Assembly: GCF_004010195.1 (NCBI RefSeq)
Contig: NC_057719.1
Span: 89,644,835 to 89,708,834 of the forward strand
DNA length: 64,000 bases
Origin: Chiloscyllium plagiosum
Taxonomy: Eukaryota
Direction: 5' to 3'
The notes beneath the pieces are model-generated. The model had not been told where the DNA came from. It worked only from the letters and a program-made list of their open reading frames with translations, and did not search any database. Positions 39,277 to 51,305 of this stretch are shown here, piece after piece. Each line of letters opens with the position of its first letter. Positions within the stretch are counted from its first letter, which is position 1. Position numbers and translations under genes: made by a program.

Positions 39277-40477
39277 TCACCTCATTCCCACTATCTCTTC
39301 AATCCTTTCAAGACTTATTTTCCTTTTCCCTTCACTGACCAGGTATCCTAAGTATTTTACTTTCCTTTCTACATATTGTAATTTGTTCCCAGAGACCCTC
39401 AATCCCTGTTGTCCCAGAAAATTTAGCAATTGGTTAGTTGCTTCCGTTGTTCCCTTATCATCATCTCCTGTGACCAGTAGGTTATCTACATATTGCAGCA
39501 AATTGTCCCCTGGGGACTTATAAACTTTTCCAAAATTTGTTCTAAAACCTGGCCAAATAAATTTGGGGATTCAGTGAATCCCTGAGAAAGCACTGTCCAT
39601 CTATATTGCTGTTTCTGCCCCGTTCTTGGGTCTTCCCAATCGAAGGTGGACATGTTTCTGCTTTCTTCTGCCAGGGGCGTGCCCAAACGGTATCTTTTAG
39701 GTCCACCACACTGAACCACTTGTGGTCGTGTGGGATTTTACTCAAGAGGGTATAAGGATTAGGGACAGCTGGGTGTCAAGTCTGTACTGTATCTGCTAAG
39801 CCATTCTTACTACTGGTTGTCGGTCACTCACCCCGATCCCTAGTCCTAATAGTATAATTAAGTCTCTTCCTAACAAACTACTTCCTATATCCGGAATGTA
39901 TAACAGTTGTCCCTCAATTTTTAGATTAGATTACTTAGTGTGGAAACAGGCATTTAGGCCCAACAAGTCCACACTGACCCATCGAAGCGTAACCCACCCA
40001 GACCCTTTCTCCTACTTTTACCCCTTCACCTAACAGTTCGGGCAATTTAGCATGCCCAATTCACCTAACCTGCACACTTTTGGATTGTGGGAGGAAACTG
40101 GAGCACCCGGAGGAAACCCACGCAGACATGGGGAGAACATGCAAACTCCACACAGTCAGTCGCCTGAGGCGGGAAATGAACCCGGGTCTCTGGCACTGTG
40201 AAGCAGCAGTGCTAACCACTGTGCTACCGTGCCACCCACAAATAGAGGTACTTTCGATCGTCATAGGTTCAAATACAGGGACTGTAAATCCTTCCCCCTT
40301 CACGCCGGACACCGTTATCTGTTTTTTGTAAATTGTACTCCTTTTGGGTATAAAATTTAAAGATGATCGTGCTGCCCCCGTATCTACTAGGAAAACTGTA
40401 TCCTCTTCATGCAGTCCCACCTTTAAATTTATCAAGGGTTCCCGGTGGGTTGCCGGGGGCAGGAACCCCTGATGCCC
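39277..40477 (-). pseudogene. pol: ERV pro/RT remnant, interrupted by an HE1 SINE; RNase H and integrase absent
   Basis: Protease FLVDTGAARSSL in frame after the gag TAG. RT motifs [23 protein letters not shown] and LQYVDNLLV. Confidence 0.9.
39921..40238 (-). mobile_element. HE1 SINE inserted in the ERV protease
   Basis: Full HE1 interrupting pro. Confidence 0.9.
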
Positions 40478-41911
40478 CTATTCTTCTTCAAAGTTCATAA
40501 GCGGTATCGGCCTCTCTTCCCTTTTCAGATCTGGACACTCCCGCTTAAAGTGACCTGTCTTTCCACAGTAGTAACATCCCGCCTGTGGGGATTTACACTT
40601 CGATCCCTGTCCCTGTCGACTGGACCCCCTAATGGGTCCTCCTCGTTCTCTTTCCCTACCTCTATTTTCAACATGTTGCCAGCCACCACTCCAGTTGCTT
40701 ACTATCGGTTCCACTCTTTTCTTGACTATCTCATCAACCGTGGCTACCATCATTTTCGCCTTCTCTTTTTGCTTCTCATTCTCTCTCTTTACAAACACTT
40801 TCTGTGCCTTTCTTAATAATTCATCCAAAGATTTGTCACTCCATCCCTCTATTTTCTGAATTTTCTTTTGGATATCCGGCCATGCTTTAGTCACAAAATG
40901 TACTTTGAGGAGGCCCTGTGCTACTGGATCCTCAGGGTTCATACCTGAGTACTTTCTCATTTGAGTCCCATAATCTCTGTAAAAATGCTGACGGAGTCTC
41001 ATCTTTCTCTTGTCGGACCTCAAACGCCTTTGTTAAATTCTGAGATTTAGGGACTACTTCTCTAATTCCGTTTATTATTAAGTCTTTGAGGTCCTTCATC
41101 TGCATTTAGTGATCTAGATTATTGTTCCCCTATCTGTGTTGGGAAACTTCTGTTTGGCCGGTATGACTCCCGCCCCGGGGGGGGGGGGAGGTGTTCTCGT
41201 TCTCACAATCGCATAGCTGCCCCTCTAATCATTACCCTCTTCTCCTGTGAAGAGAATATTCAAAATAGACATCAATTCCATCCAAGTCTATATACTCGGA
41301 CCTAGGAATTGATCTATTTGTTCAGAAAGACCAAGAGGATTTTCAATAAGGAATTTCATTTCCTCCTTAAAGGTCCTAACCTCTCCGCTCGTCAAAGGGG
41401 CACTCACAAAGCCAATCTCGCCCATTCCTATGGGGACTTCCCTGAAAGGATAGTTCTTAATATCTTTTTTACATTGTTCTAATTCCTTTTCGTCAATCCT
41501 GTTTTCGGGACTTTTGGCCTCCCGCGTAGTTTTCATGCTATATAAACGTATGTCTTGACTGTCCTGCCAGCAGGAGGCATAGTCGGACTTCTCTTTACAG
41601 AAAGGTTGTTTTTCATTAACATATAACTTCAACAATTGACAGACTCAATATATGACTTCAACAATTGATAGACCCAATCCTCGTCCGACCCATATTTCGG
41701 CCAAAAAAACCAATGATGGACGAATACTCTCTTTTTGGTCCAAACAAAACAACAATATTTTATCATAATTTTCTGATCCTTCTCCCTTGTACAAGAATTA
41801 TGTTTCCAATTCCTCAACATCCTTCCTAACGGACTTTCCGAAGGGATGTTATCCGGGACTTCTTTACCCTTTTTTCCCTGGCGCCTTATTCTTACTTCCT
41901 TTACCTCCCAT
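40478..41911 (-). pseudogene. gag: ERV gag (frameshifted)
   Basis: ATG at 41911 gives myristoylation-type MGGKGSK. Matrix-like IPSESPLGRML..YCCFVW..WPKYGS, capsid-like KAWPDIQKKIQKIEG, single CCHC knuckle CYYCGKTGHFKREC, TAG at 40478. Confidence 0.9.
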
Positions 41912-42204
41912 TGTTTAATCCATAAGTCCTTTAATTTGACAGCTTTCACACTCCCAGTCACCAAGGCCATACTTAAAACTCTCTTTTCTTACCTTGGTCC
42001 GTGCACGGAGTTTGCCAGACTGCAGCTGTGCCTACTGTTCCGCCCCTGCCTTATTTTCTTGCCCTGGTTCGGAATGACTCGCCTCGGATCCTCGTCAGTC
42101 GACCGGATGGGTCACCTACTGACGAAAGACATAGGACCATTCTAAAAGTAATGGGATGTGTCTTCCCAGTCATCGACAGTGACCACTCCGCCGGTGATGA
42201 CAGT

Positions 42205-42223
42205 ATCCTGGATGAGGCCCCCA
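42205..42223 (-). promoter_or_regulatory. Primer binding site, tRNA-Pro type
   Basis: TGGGGGCCTCATCCAGGAT, 2 nt downstream of the 5' LTR, versus canonical PBS-Pro TGGGGGCTCGTCCGGGAT. Confidence 0.85.
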
Positions 42224-42225
42224 AT

Positions 42226-42549
42226 TGTGAGAAACGAAGCTCACTGCCAAGTAATTTTAGTCCGAGTCAAATTCCGAAGCAGTCTTTATTCATACGTTCT
42301 TGCAAGAGCGGGTGTCCAAAAGGTAGGCATGCCCCTGAACAATATCAGTGCATTATCAGACAGTCTCTGAGTGTCTCTCGATACTTCCCCTTTTACCTCG
42401 TACGTGACAGTTGCAGTTGCTCTGTGCAGCTGCTAATCTAATCGGTTTACTACATCCATCTGTGGCCTGTTGTTAGCGTGCAACCCCCCCCCTTGATAGC
42501 TGAGTCTTATCACTTCTGCTGAAGCAACAACTTCCACACATTCTCCAGA
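42226..42549 (-). repeat. ERV 5' LTR
   Basis: Roughly 90% identical (by eye) to 37452-37737, plus an ~34 bp indel. AATAAA on the minus strand; followed by the PBS. Confidence 0.93.
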
Positions 42550-43799
42550 TGTACCTTGTGAAAAGCTTTGCTAAAACCACATTGACTGATCCACATACTT
42601 GATCACATTTTGTAAAATTCTAATAAGTTTGTTAGTCATGACCTCCCTCTGACAAAGCCACGACAAAGCATTTTCTGTGCTTAAGGTGCAGGTTTATTTC
42701 ATAGAGATGTACAGCACGGAAACAACTCATCCTTACCGACCAGTTATCCCAAACTAATCTAGTCCCATTTAAGAGTACTTGGCCCATATCCCTCTAAACC
42801 CTTCCTATTCATATACCCATCTAGATGTCTTTTAAATGTTGTAATTGTACCAGCCTCCACCACTTCCTCTAGCAGCACATCAGCACATTCCATACATGCA
42901 CCAGCCTCTGTGTGAAAACGTTGCCCTTTAGGTCCCTTTTATATCTTTCCTCTCTCATCCTAAACCTATACCCTCTAGTTCTGGATTCCCCTACTCCAGG
43001 GAAAAGACCTTATCCAGCCTCCACCACTTCCTCTGGCAGCACATTCCATACATGCACCAGCCTCTGTGTGAAAACGTTGCCCTTCAGGTCCCTTTTATAT
43101 CTTTCCTCTCTCATCCTAAACCTATACCCTCTAGTTCTGGATTCCCCTACTCCAGGGAAAAGACCTTATCTGTTTATTCTAACCAAGCCCCTCATGATTT
43201 TAACCTCTATAAGGTAACCCCTCAGCCTCTGACGCTCCAGGGGATAAAAGCCCATGCCTATTCAGCCTCTCCCAAATACGATAGAAAGCTGAGGAGTGTA
43301 GAATGTGGAGGGGGAGATCCAAAAAGAAATGAGGAAGCGAGCTGTGTGTGAGAAATGATGGTAGCAAGAAATATCAAGCAATCTTTAGTGAATTTCTTTT
43401 CAATGCAGAGAATGAAAATAAGTAAGGAGCGTAAAAGGTAAACAATAGAAGAAGGTTTGCTATGGTTCTGAGTTTAAATTTAAACTGAAAGTGACCTCAA
43501 CAATGTGGGCTATCATGAAGAAGCTGGAAGATTTGTCTGAGAAGCCCATCAGACCTTTCTTGATGTTATTGCATTTAAGAATATGTGACCTGGTCATTGA
43601 AACAGGGTGATAAGGATGGCAAGATTTAGGAACCTTTGTTAACAAGCGAAATTATGAGCTCAGTCAAAAAGAAAAAGGAGATACAATCTAAGAGTTTGGA
43701 AACTGAAGACTGTCGAAGGACTCCAGATTAGCAAACAATTGGAATGGGTTTGTAAACTCTGAACATTTCTTGTGTAATTCATAAGCTTGAGTAACTTGG

Positions 43800-45600
43800 A
43801 ATCCTCAATGCTTCAACTTTAGAGTTTCCAGCTGCACAGAGAATACTGATCAGAAATTTCAATTTTTCAGGCAATTCCCTTGGCTTCAGCCAAATCAATA
43901 ATTCCTAAAAATCCACAGTGCAGCTCAAATTTATATTGCTTCAGTGACTGGCTAGCTACTCTGTCTAATATTTCCTGGGTAACTCTCCTGGTGGGGCATG
44001 ATGTATCCAGTGGTGGTGATGTCTGGGACATTGTCAGGTACGGGGAAGAGGAGGCAATCATGGCTGACTAGGGAAGTCGGGGATAGCATAAAAGTAAAAG
44101 AGAAAGCATATAATGTGGTGAAGGATAATGGGAAACCAGAAGATTGAGAACCTTGCAAAGACCAACTGAGGGCAACAAAAAGAAATAAGCAGGGAGACGA
44201 TTAAATGAGGGTTAGCTAACCAGCAATTAAAAAAAAAGACTGGGAGAGTTTCTTTAGATAAACAAAGGGCAAAGGAGAGGTAAAAGTGGACATTGGACTG
44301 CAGGAAAATGACTCTGGAGCAACAGTGGGAAACGAGGAAATTAATAATTACTTCGCGTCAGTCGTCATTGTGGAAGACATGAGTAATATCTCAAAAATTC
44401 AAAAGAGTCGGGGGCAGAGCTGAGTATGGTGGCCATCACCAATGAGTGTTGTGGAAAGCTAACCCAATACCAGGATTACCAGGAGATGCAGAAAATCCTT
44501 CACAAAGTTAAACTTTTATTTGCAAATACAAGCTGTGGCAATCAATCAATGTCTTTCCTGTCTGCCCCCGATTCTTGAGGCCACTACTTTTTATACTTTT
44601 GTAGTTTCTGCACTTATCTGATAGCATTAGCATAACCAATCATATGAGCTTGCTTTGTCTTTCTAAACTATGCCTCTTCTGCCACATAGGTTAAGTGTAA
44701 GCAACAGACCAATCCCGTTACACCACCATCGTCTTTAGCATTAGCTCATCTATCAGTGATTTAACTACCATTTACTGTTTCTGGAGCCCAGTAACATGAT
44801 CCTGTGCATGCATTATACCACTAAGTTAACTATATAACTGCGAAATTATTTTCCATATATTCCATATGAGAAGGGGGCTATAGAAAAACTGAATGGCTTG
44901 AAAGTGGATAAATCACCTGGATCAGTTGGACTGGACCCCTAGGGGAGATAGTTGAAGAGATGGTGGTGGTGTTAGTGGTGATCTTTCGGGAATCACTAGA
45001 GTCCGGGAGGATCCCAGAGGACTTGAAAATTGCTAATGTGATACCCCTGTTTAAAAAGGGAGTAAGGCAAAAGATGGAAAGTTGCAAACCAATTAGCCTG
45101 ACCTCAGATTAGAATCTGGAACCCATTGTGAAGGATGAGATTTCTGGATACTTGGAAGTGTATGGGAAAACAAGGCAAAGTCAGCATGGTTTCATTAAGG
45201 GGAGGTCTTATTTGAGGAAGTATCTACCTGGAGTTCAAGAAGGCCTTTGACAACGTGACACACAGGAGGCTATTGAATAAAATAAGGGCCCATGGTGTCA
45301 GAGGCAAGGTGCTAGCATGCACAGAAGATTGGCTGTCTGACAGAAAACAGAGAGCGGGAATAAAAGGATCTTTCTAGATGCCTGCCAGTGATTAGTGGTG
45401 TTCCACAAGGCCTCGTGTTGGGACCACATCTTTTCAATTTATACAGAAACAATCAAGATGAAGGAACTGAGTGCATTCTGGCTGTGTTTGTAGATGATAC
45501 ACAGAGGGACAGGTAGCATTTAGGAGGTGAGGAGGCAGGGAGGCTGCAGGATTTGGACAGGTTAGTAGAGTGGGTAAGGAAGTAGCAGATGGAGTATAAT
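43800..45600 (+). mobile_element. Decayed CR1 hosting the 44447 solo LTR
   Basis: CR1 ORF2-like sequence of the same type as 57370-58710. Confidence 0.75.
44447..44865 (-). mobile_element. Solo LTR
   Basis: ~420 bp insert interrupting CR1, with TSD ATGAG (44442-46, 44866-70), a TG start and a minus-strand AATAAA. Confidence 0.7.
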
Positions 45601-46589
45601 GTAGAACATTAAGCGCAGTGCAGACTCTTCAGGCCTTGATGTTGTAACCAATCTGAAGCCCATCTAACCTACACTATTCCATTATGATCCTTATGTTTAT
45701 CTAATGACTGTTTAAATGCCCTTAAAGTTGGCAAGTCTACTACTGTTGCAGGCAGGGCATTCCACACCCTCTGTGTAAAGAAACTACCTTTAACATCTCT
45801 CCTATATCTATTACTCCTCAATTTAAAGCTATGTCCCTCATGCTAGCCATCACCATCTGAGGAAAAAGGCTCTCACTGTCCACTCTATCTAATTCTCTGA
45901 TCATCTTGTATGTCTCTATTAAACCACGTCTCAACCTTCTTCTCTGTAATGAAAACAGCCTCAAGTCCCTCAGCCTTTCCTCATAAGACTTTCCCTCCAT
46001 ACTAGGCAACGTCCTGGTAAATCTCCTCTGCACCCTTTCTAATGCTCACACATCCTATAATGTGGCGACCAGAACTGTACGCAGTACTCCAAGTGTGACC
46101 GCACCAGAGTTTTGTACAGCCATGACCTCATGGCTCCAAAACTCATTACCTCTACCAATAGAAGCTAACACACAGGGTGCTTTCTTAACAACCCTATCAA
46201 CCTGGGTGGCAAGTTTCAGGGATCTATGTAAATGGAGACCAAGATCTCTCTGCTCATCTGCATTACCAAGAATCTTACCATTAGCCTGGTACACTGTATT
46301 CCGGTTACTCATTCCAAAGTGAATCACCTCACACTTATCAACATTTGACTCTGCCACCATCAGCCCATCTCTGCAACTTATCTATGTCCCTCTGTAACCT
46401 GCAACATCAATGTAACCAGCACTGTCCATGACTCCACCGACCTTAGGGTTATCTGCAAATTTACTAACCAATTCTTCTATGCCCTCATCCAGCTCATTTA
46501 TAAAAATGACAAAACAGTGGCCCCAAAACAGATCCTTGCGATACACCACTAATAATTGAACTCCGGGATCAAAGTTTCCCATCAACCAC

Positions 46590-47265
46590 TGACGATCTCG
46601 ACCCTCGGCAGAGTCTCTCAGTTCCGCGATCGGTCAATAAACACTTGCAATTGGTCTGGTTCTTAACGACTTCACACTTTATTTCTCATACAGCTGGACA
46701 CAGATCGTCCAGAAACAGAGGTTAAACATTTTTATGCTCCTCAGACGAGCTGCACACATGGCTTAAAACAAAGACTTTTTATAGTTTTCTTAAAGAGAGG
46801 TACAGGCCGTAATTGTACAGTACATTCAAACAATGACCAATCAATTAACAAAATGGTTTTATTGAAAGCAGCTCAGCCAAATGATATTTCCTGGGAACCA
46901 ATTTTGTTTTCTAACACATAAGCCACTCTTATCTCACGAACCAAGTCTGCACCTGCATTTGAAGGTCAGTTAGGATGGCCAGTAATGTCCTATCTTAGTT
47001 ATTTCTATGCTGTAAAGTAAGCATTGTCTGCTAATCTTTGTTGAGGCAGATTGTGGTCAGTAAATTATGCAGCTTTAGCAGGGTTAAAAGCCATTTTATG
47101 CAGCTTTAAGCAGAATTGTCAATTTGCAGCCTACAAGCCATTTTGTCATGTTATTTGCATTAAGAAGACATTTTCTTGTCACCTAAGTTAATAAGAGCAT
47201 GTATTAGGTGGTTGTTCCTGACAACAGCTAGTTACCTCAGCCTGTATTCAGGTTTCAGATCCTCA
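46590..47265 (-). mobile_element. Solo LTR
   Basis: TGACGATCT...AGATCCTCA inverted termini and a 4-bp TSD CCAC (46586-89, 47266-69) inside CR1. Minus-strand TATAAAAA (~46780) lies upstream of AATAAA (~46680). Confidence 0.85.
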
Positions 47266-47292
47266 CCACCACCCTCTGTCTTCTTTCAGCTG

Positions 47293-47582
47293 AAGTTAAA
47301 AATCACACAACACCAGGTTATAGTCCAACAGAAACTATCATGGTATTCTAACAGTTGAAAGACTTAACAATCAATTTTTCAATGTATAATTTCAGTTACA
47401 TCACACTAAGTTTTTGCTATAAATTCTGTGTGTTAGGATTGAGCCCTCCACTATCACCTGATGAAGGAGTGACGCTCCGAAAGCTAGTGTGCTTCCAATT
47501 AAATCTGTTGGTTTATAACCTGGTGTTGTGTGATTTTTAACTTTGTACACCCCAGTCCAACACCAGCATCTCCAAATCATGA
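47293..47582. mobile_element. PLE family-B short hairpin insertion
   Basis: Short inverted arm plus a full terminus; 13-bp TSD CTTCTTTCAGCTG (47280-92, 47583-95). Confidence 0.85.
47455..47489 (+). ncRNA. Minimal type I hammerhead ribozyme motif (PLE family B)
   Basis: CAC-CUGAUGA-A-GGAGU(GAC)GCUCC-GAA-AGCU-A/GUG: conserved core, stem II, palindromic AGCU in place of stem III, and CAC/GUG stem I. Confidence 0.75.
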
Positions 47583-48260
47583 CTTCTTTCAGCTGGCAAT
47601 TCCTGATCCAAACTGCTAAAACACCCTCAATCCCATACCTCCATATTTTGTGCCTGTCGTGGGGAAACTTATCAAATGCTTTACTGAAATCCATATACAC
47701 CACATCAACCGCTTTACCCTCATTCACCTGTTTGGTCACCTTCTCAAAGAACTCTTCACACAACCTGTTAACTATCTCTAATCAAATTATTCCTTTCCAG
47801 ATGATTATAAATCCTATCTCATCATTTCCAACACTTTACCCATAACTGAACGGAGACTCACTAGTCCCTCATTACCAGGGTAGTCTCTACTCCCCTTCGT
47901 GAACAAGGAGACAGTATTTGCTATTCTCCAGCCTTCTGGTACTGTTCATGTAGACAATGATGATATAAAGATCAAAGCTGAAGGTTCTGCATTCTCCTCC
48001 CTAGCTTCCCAGAGAATCCGAGATAAGTCCCCTTGGCTTGATGTGATTTATCCTATTTTCACACTTTTCCAGAATTGTTAACACCTTTTTATGAACGTCA
48101 ATCCCGTCTAGTTTAATAGCCTGTATCCCCATATATTGCTTGACAACATTGTCATTTTTCAGTGTGAATATTGATGAAACATATTCGTTTAGAGCTTCTT
48201 CTACCTCCTTGGACACCATGCCACTACTTCCCACTACTGTCCTTGACTGGCCTTAATCTT

Positions 48261-49780
48261 AGGAGAAAGTGAGCACTGCAGATGCTGGAGATCAGAGTCG
48301 AAGAGTATGCTGCTAGAAAAGCACAAATGATGAGGCAGTAGCAGGAGAGTCAACGTTTTGGGCATAAGTCCTTCATCAGGAATGAGTCTTGTTGACCTAG
48401 GGGGCTGAGAGATAAATGGGAAAGGGAGATGGGGCTGGAGGGAAGGTGTGTGGGAATGTGATAGTTTTATTTTTGTCAAGTATTCACACTGGAAAATGAC
48501 AATGCTTAGATTAGATTCCCTACAGTGTGGAAACAGGCCCTTTGGCCCAACAAGTCCACACCGACTCTCTGAAGACTAACCCACCCAAACCCATTTCCCT
48601 CCGAATGATGTACTATGGGCAATTTAGCATGGCCAATTCACCTAACCTGCACATCTTTGGAATGTGGGAGGAAACCAGAGTGCCTGGAGGGAACCCATGC
48701 AGACACAGGGAAAATGTATCTCCACACTGACAGTCACCTGAGGCTGGAGTCGACCCTGGGACCCTGGTGCTGTGAGGCAGCAGTGCTAACCACTGAGCCA
48801 CCATGCCGCCATGTTGTCAAAGAATATATGGAGATACATGCTATTAGACTAGTCAGAATTGAGGTTCATGAGGAGATGTTAGCAATTGTGTTAAGTGTGA
48901 AAATTGATAAGTCCCCTTGGATGTGATTTATCCTATGATTCTCCATGAAGCTAGGGAGGAGACTGCAGAACCTTTTGTTGTGATCTTTATGTCATTGCCT
49001 ACAGGAATAGTGCCAGAAGACTGGAAGGTAATCACCGCATCATCATCCACCATTTCCGCTACTGATAAACAGACCCCACTACCAGAGGTATATTTCCCTC
49101 CCCACCACTATCTGTGTTTTGGAGAGACCATGACTCCCTTGTCAGGTCCATGCCCCCCACCAACCCACCCTCCCCTCCTGGCATCTTCCCCTGCCATCGC
49201 AAGAAGTGCAAAGCCTGCACCCACAATCACACCACACACACCCACCCCCCGCCAATCACTGTTCAAGCTCGCAAAGGATCCTTCCATATCTGACAGAAAT
49301 TTACTTGTACTTCTACACGTCATCTACTGCATCCGTTGCACCCGATGTGTGCTCCTTTATATTGGGGAGACAGAACACCAATTTGTGGATCATTTCAGAG
49401 AACATCTCTGGGACAACAGCACTAATCAAACCCACCGCTCTGTGGCTGAACACTTTAAGTCCCCCTTCCATTCCCCAAGGACATCGCCAAACCCTAACCA
49501 CCTGATGCCTGGAGGAAGATTGCTGCATCTTCTGCCTTGGGATCCTCTAACCACATGGGATCAATGTGGATTTCACTAGATTCCCCATTTTCCCTCCCCC
49601 TACCTTATTCCAGTCCCAATCTTCCAACTTGGCACCGCCCTCTTGAACAGTCATAACTGTCCATCTTTCTTCCCACCTATCACTTTGGCCCCCACCTTAA
49701 TCTACCTATCACATTCCCAGCTACCTTCTCCCAGCCCCACCCCCTCCCATTTATCTCTCAGCCCCATTGGTCCACAAGAC
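48261..49780. mobile_element. PLE insertion (inverted pLTR, captured CR1 flank with HE1, GIY-YIG fragment)
   Basis: VIYCIRCTRCVLLYIGETE..REH at ~49320-49410; 48261-48460 is the inverted terminus. Confidence 0.8.
48506..48810 (-). mobile_element. HE1-type V-SINE
   Basis: Homology to the other copies. Confidence 0.88.
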
Positions 49781-51305
49781 TCTAGTCATTCTTTTATTCC
49801 TAATATACCTATGGGAAGCTTTAGAGTTTTCCTTGATTTTACCTGCCAAAGACTTCTCACATTCCTTTCCTGGCTCTTCTTAGCTCTCGCTTTAGGTCCT
49901 TCCTGGCTAACTTTAACTCTCAAGCGCCCTAACTGACCTTTCACGTCTTATCTTTACAGAAGCCTTCTTCCTCTTCATAAGAGATTCAACTTCTTTCGTA
50001 AACCATGGTTCCCTTGTTCAACCACTTCCTCCCTGCCTGACAGGTACATACTTATCGAGGACACGCAATTGCTGTTCCTTGAACAAGCTCCATGTTTCAA
50101 TTGTGCCCATCCCCTGCAGTTTCCTTCTCCATCCTATGCATCCTAAATCTTGCTTAATAACTCTTGCCCTGCAGTGTTTACCTATCCCTTTCCATCACTA
50201 AAGTAAACATAACTGAATTGTGGTCACTATCACCAAAGTGCTCACCTACCTCCAAATCTAACACCTGACTTGGTTCATTACCCAGTATCAAATCTAATGT
50301 TTTTTTTTGTTGATCTATCTACATACTGTCAGGAAAGCCTCCTGCACACATTGGACAAAACCTGACCTATCTAAAGTACTCAAACAATAGCATTTCCAGT
50401 CAATATTTGGAAAGTTAAAGTCCCCCATAACAACTACCCTGTTACTTTCGCTCCTAACCAGTATCATCCTTGTAATCCTTTCCTCTACATCTCTGGAACT
50501 TTTTGGAGGCCTATAGAAAACTCTCAACAGGGTGACTTCTGCTTTCTTGTTACTAACCTCAGTAGATGAGTCTCCATCAAACATCCTTTCTGCCACCGTA
50601 ATACTGTCCTTGCCACACCTCCCTCTCTTTTACCACCTTCCCTGTTCTTACTGAAACATCTAAACCCCGAAACCTGAACAACCATTACTGTCCCTGCTCT
50701 ATCCATGTCTCTGAAATGGCCACAATATCGAAGTCCCAGGTACCAAGTCATGCTGCAAGTTCACCTCCCTTCTTGCGAATGCTTTTAGTGTTGACATGGA
50801 CACACTTCAAATCAGCTTCCTGCCTGCTGGTGCACTTGTGACCTTGAAACCTTATTTATGATCTCACTACTCTCAACCTCCTGTACACTGGAGCTATAAT
50901 TCAGGTTCCCATTCTCCTTCTGAATGGTAAAGTGTGGAGGGTTGTTTTTCAGACTGGAAAGCACAGGGATCAGTGCTGGGTCTGCTGACATTTGTCATTT
51001 TTATTAACAATTTGGATAAGAATATAGGAAACATGGTTCATAAGTTTGTAGATATACCAAATTTGGTGTTCTAGAAGACAGTGAAGAAGATGATCTAAAA
51101 TTGCAAAGGAACTTTAATCAATTGCGGCGATGGGTCGACGAGTGGCAGATGGATGTTAATTGAGATAAATGTGAGGCGTTGCATTTGATGAACAGGGCAA
51201 AACTTACACAGTTAATGGTAGGGCCTGTGGAGAGTTATTGAACAGAGAGGCCGAGGGATTTATAGGACCTCTACAGAGCGGAAGCAAGCCATCAAACCCA
51301 CACCA

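Larger units (their letters stand above)
37452..42549 (-). mobile_element. Internally deleted class I (gamma/epsilon-like) endogenous retrovirus
   Basis: Two homologous LTRs, PBS, PPT and ordered gag-pro-RT-env remnants, inserted into a minus-strand CR1 fragment. Confidence 0.95.
45600..50900 (-). mobile_element. Decayed minus-strand CR1 ORF2 hosting a solo LTR, PLEs and HE1
   Basis: Collinear 3' tail, RT (YMDFSKAFD) and APE (VVMGDFNFPNID) segments. Confidence 0.85.

Noticed and set aside
37947..39280. Captured syncytin-like env
   Set aside because: Frameshifted, N-terminally deleted and partly duplicated; no long ORF.
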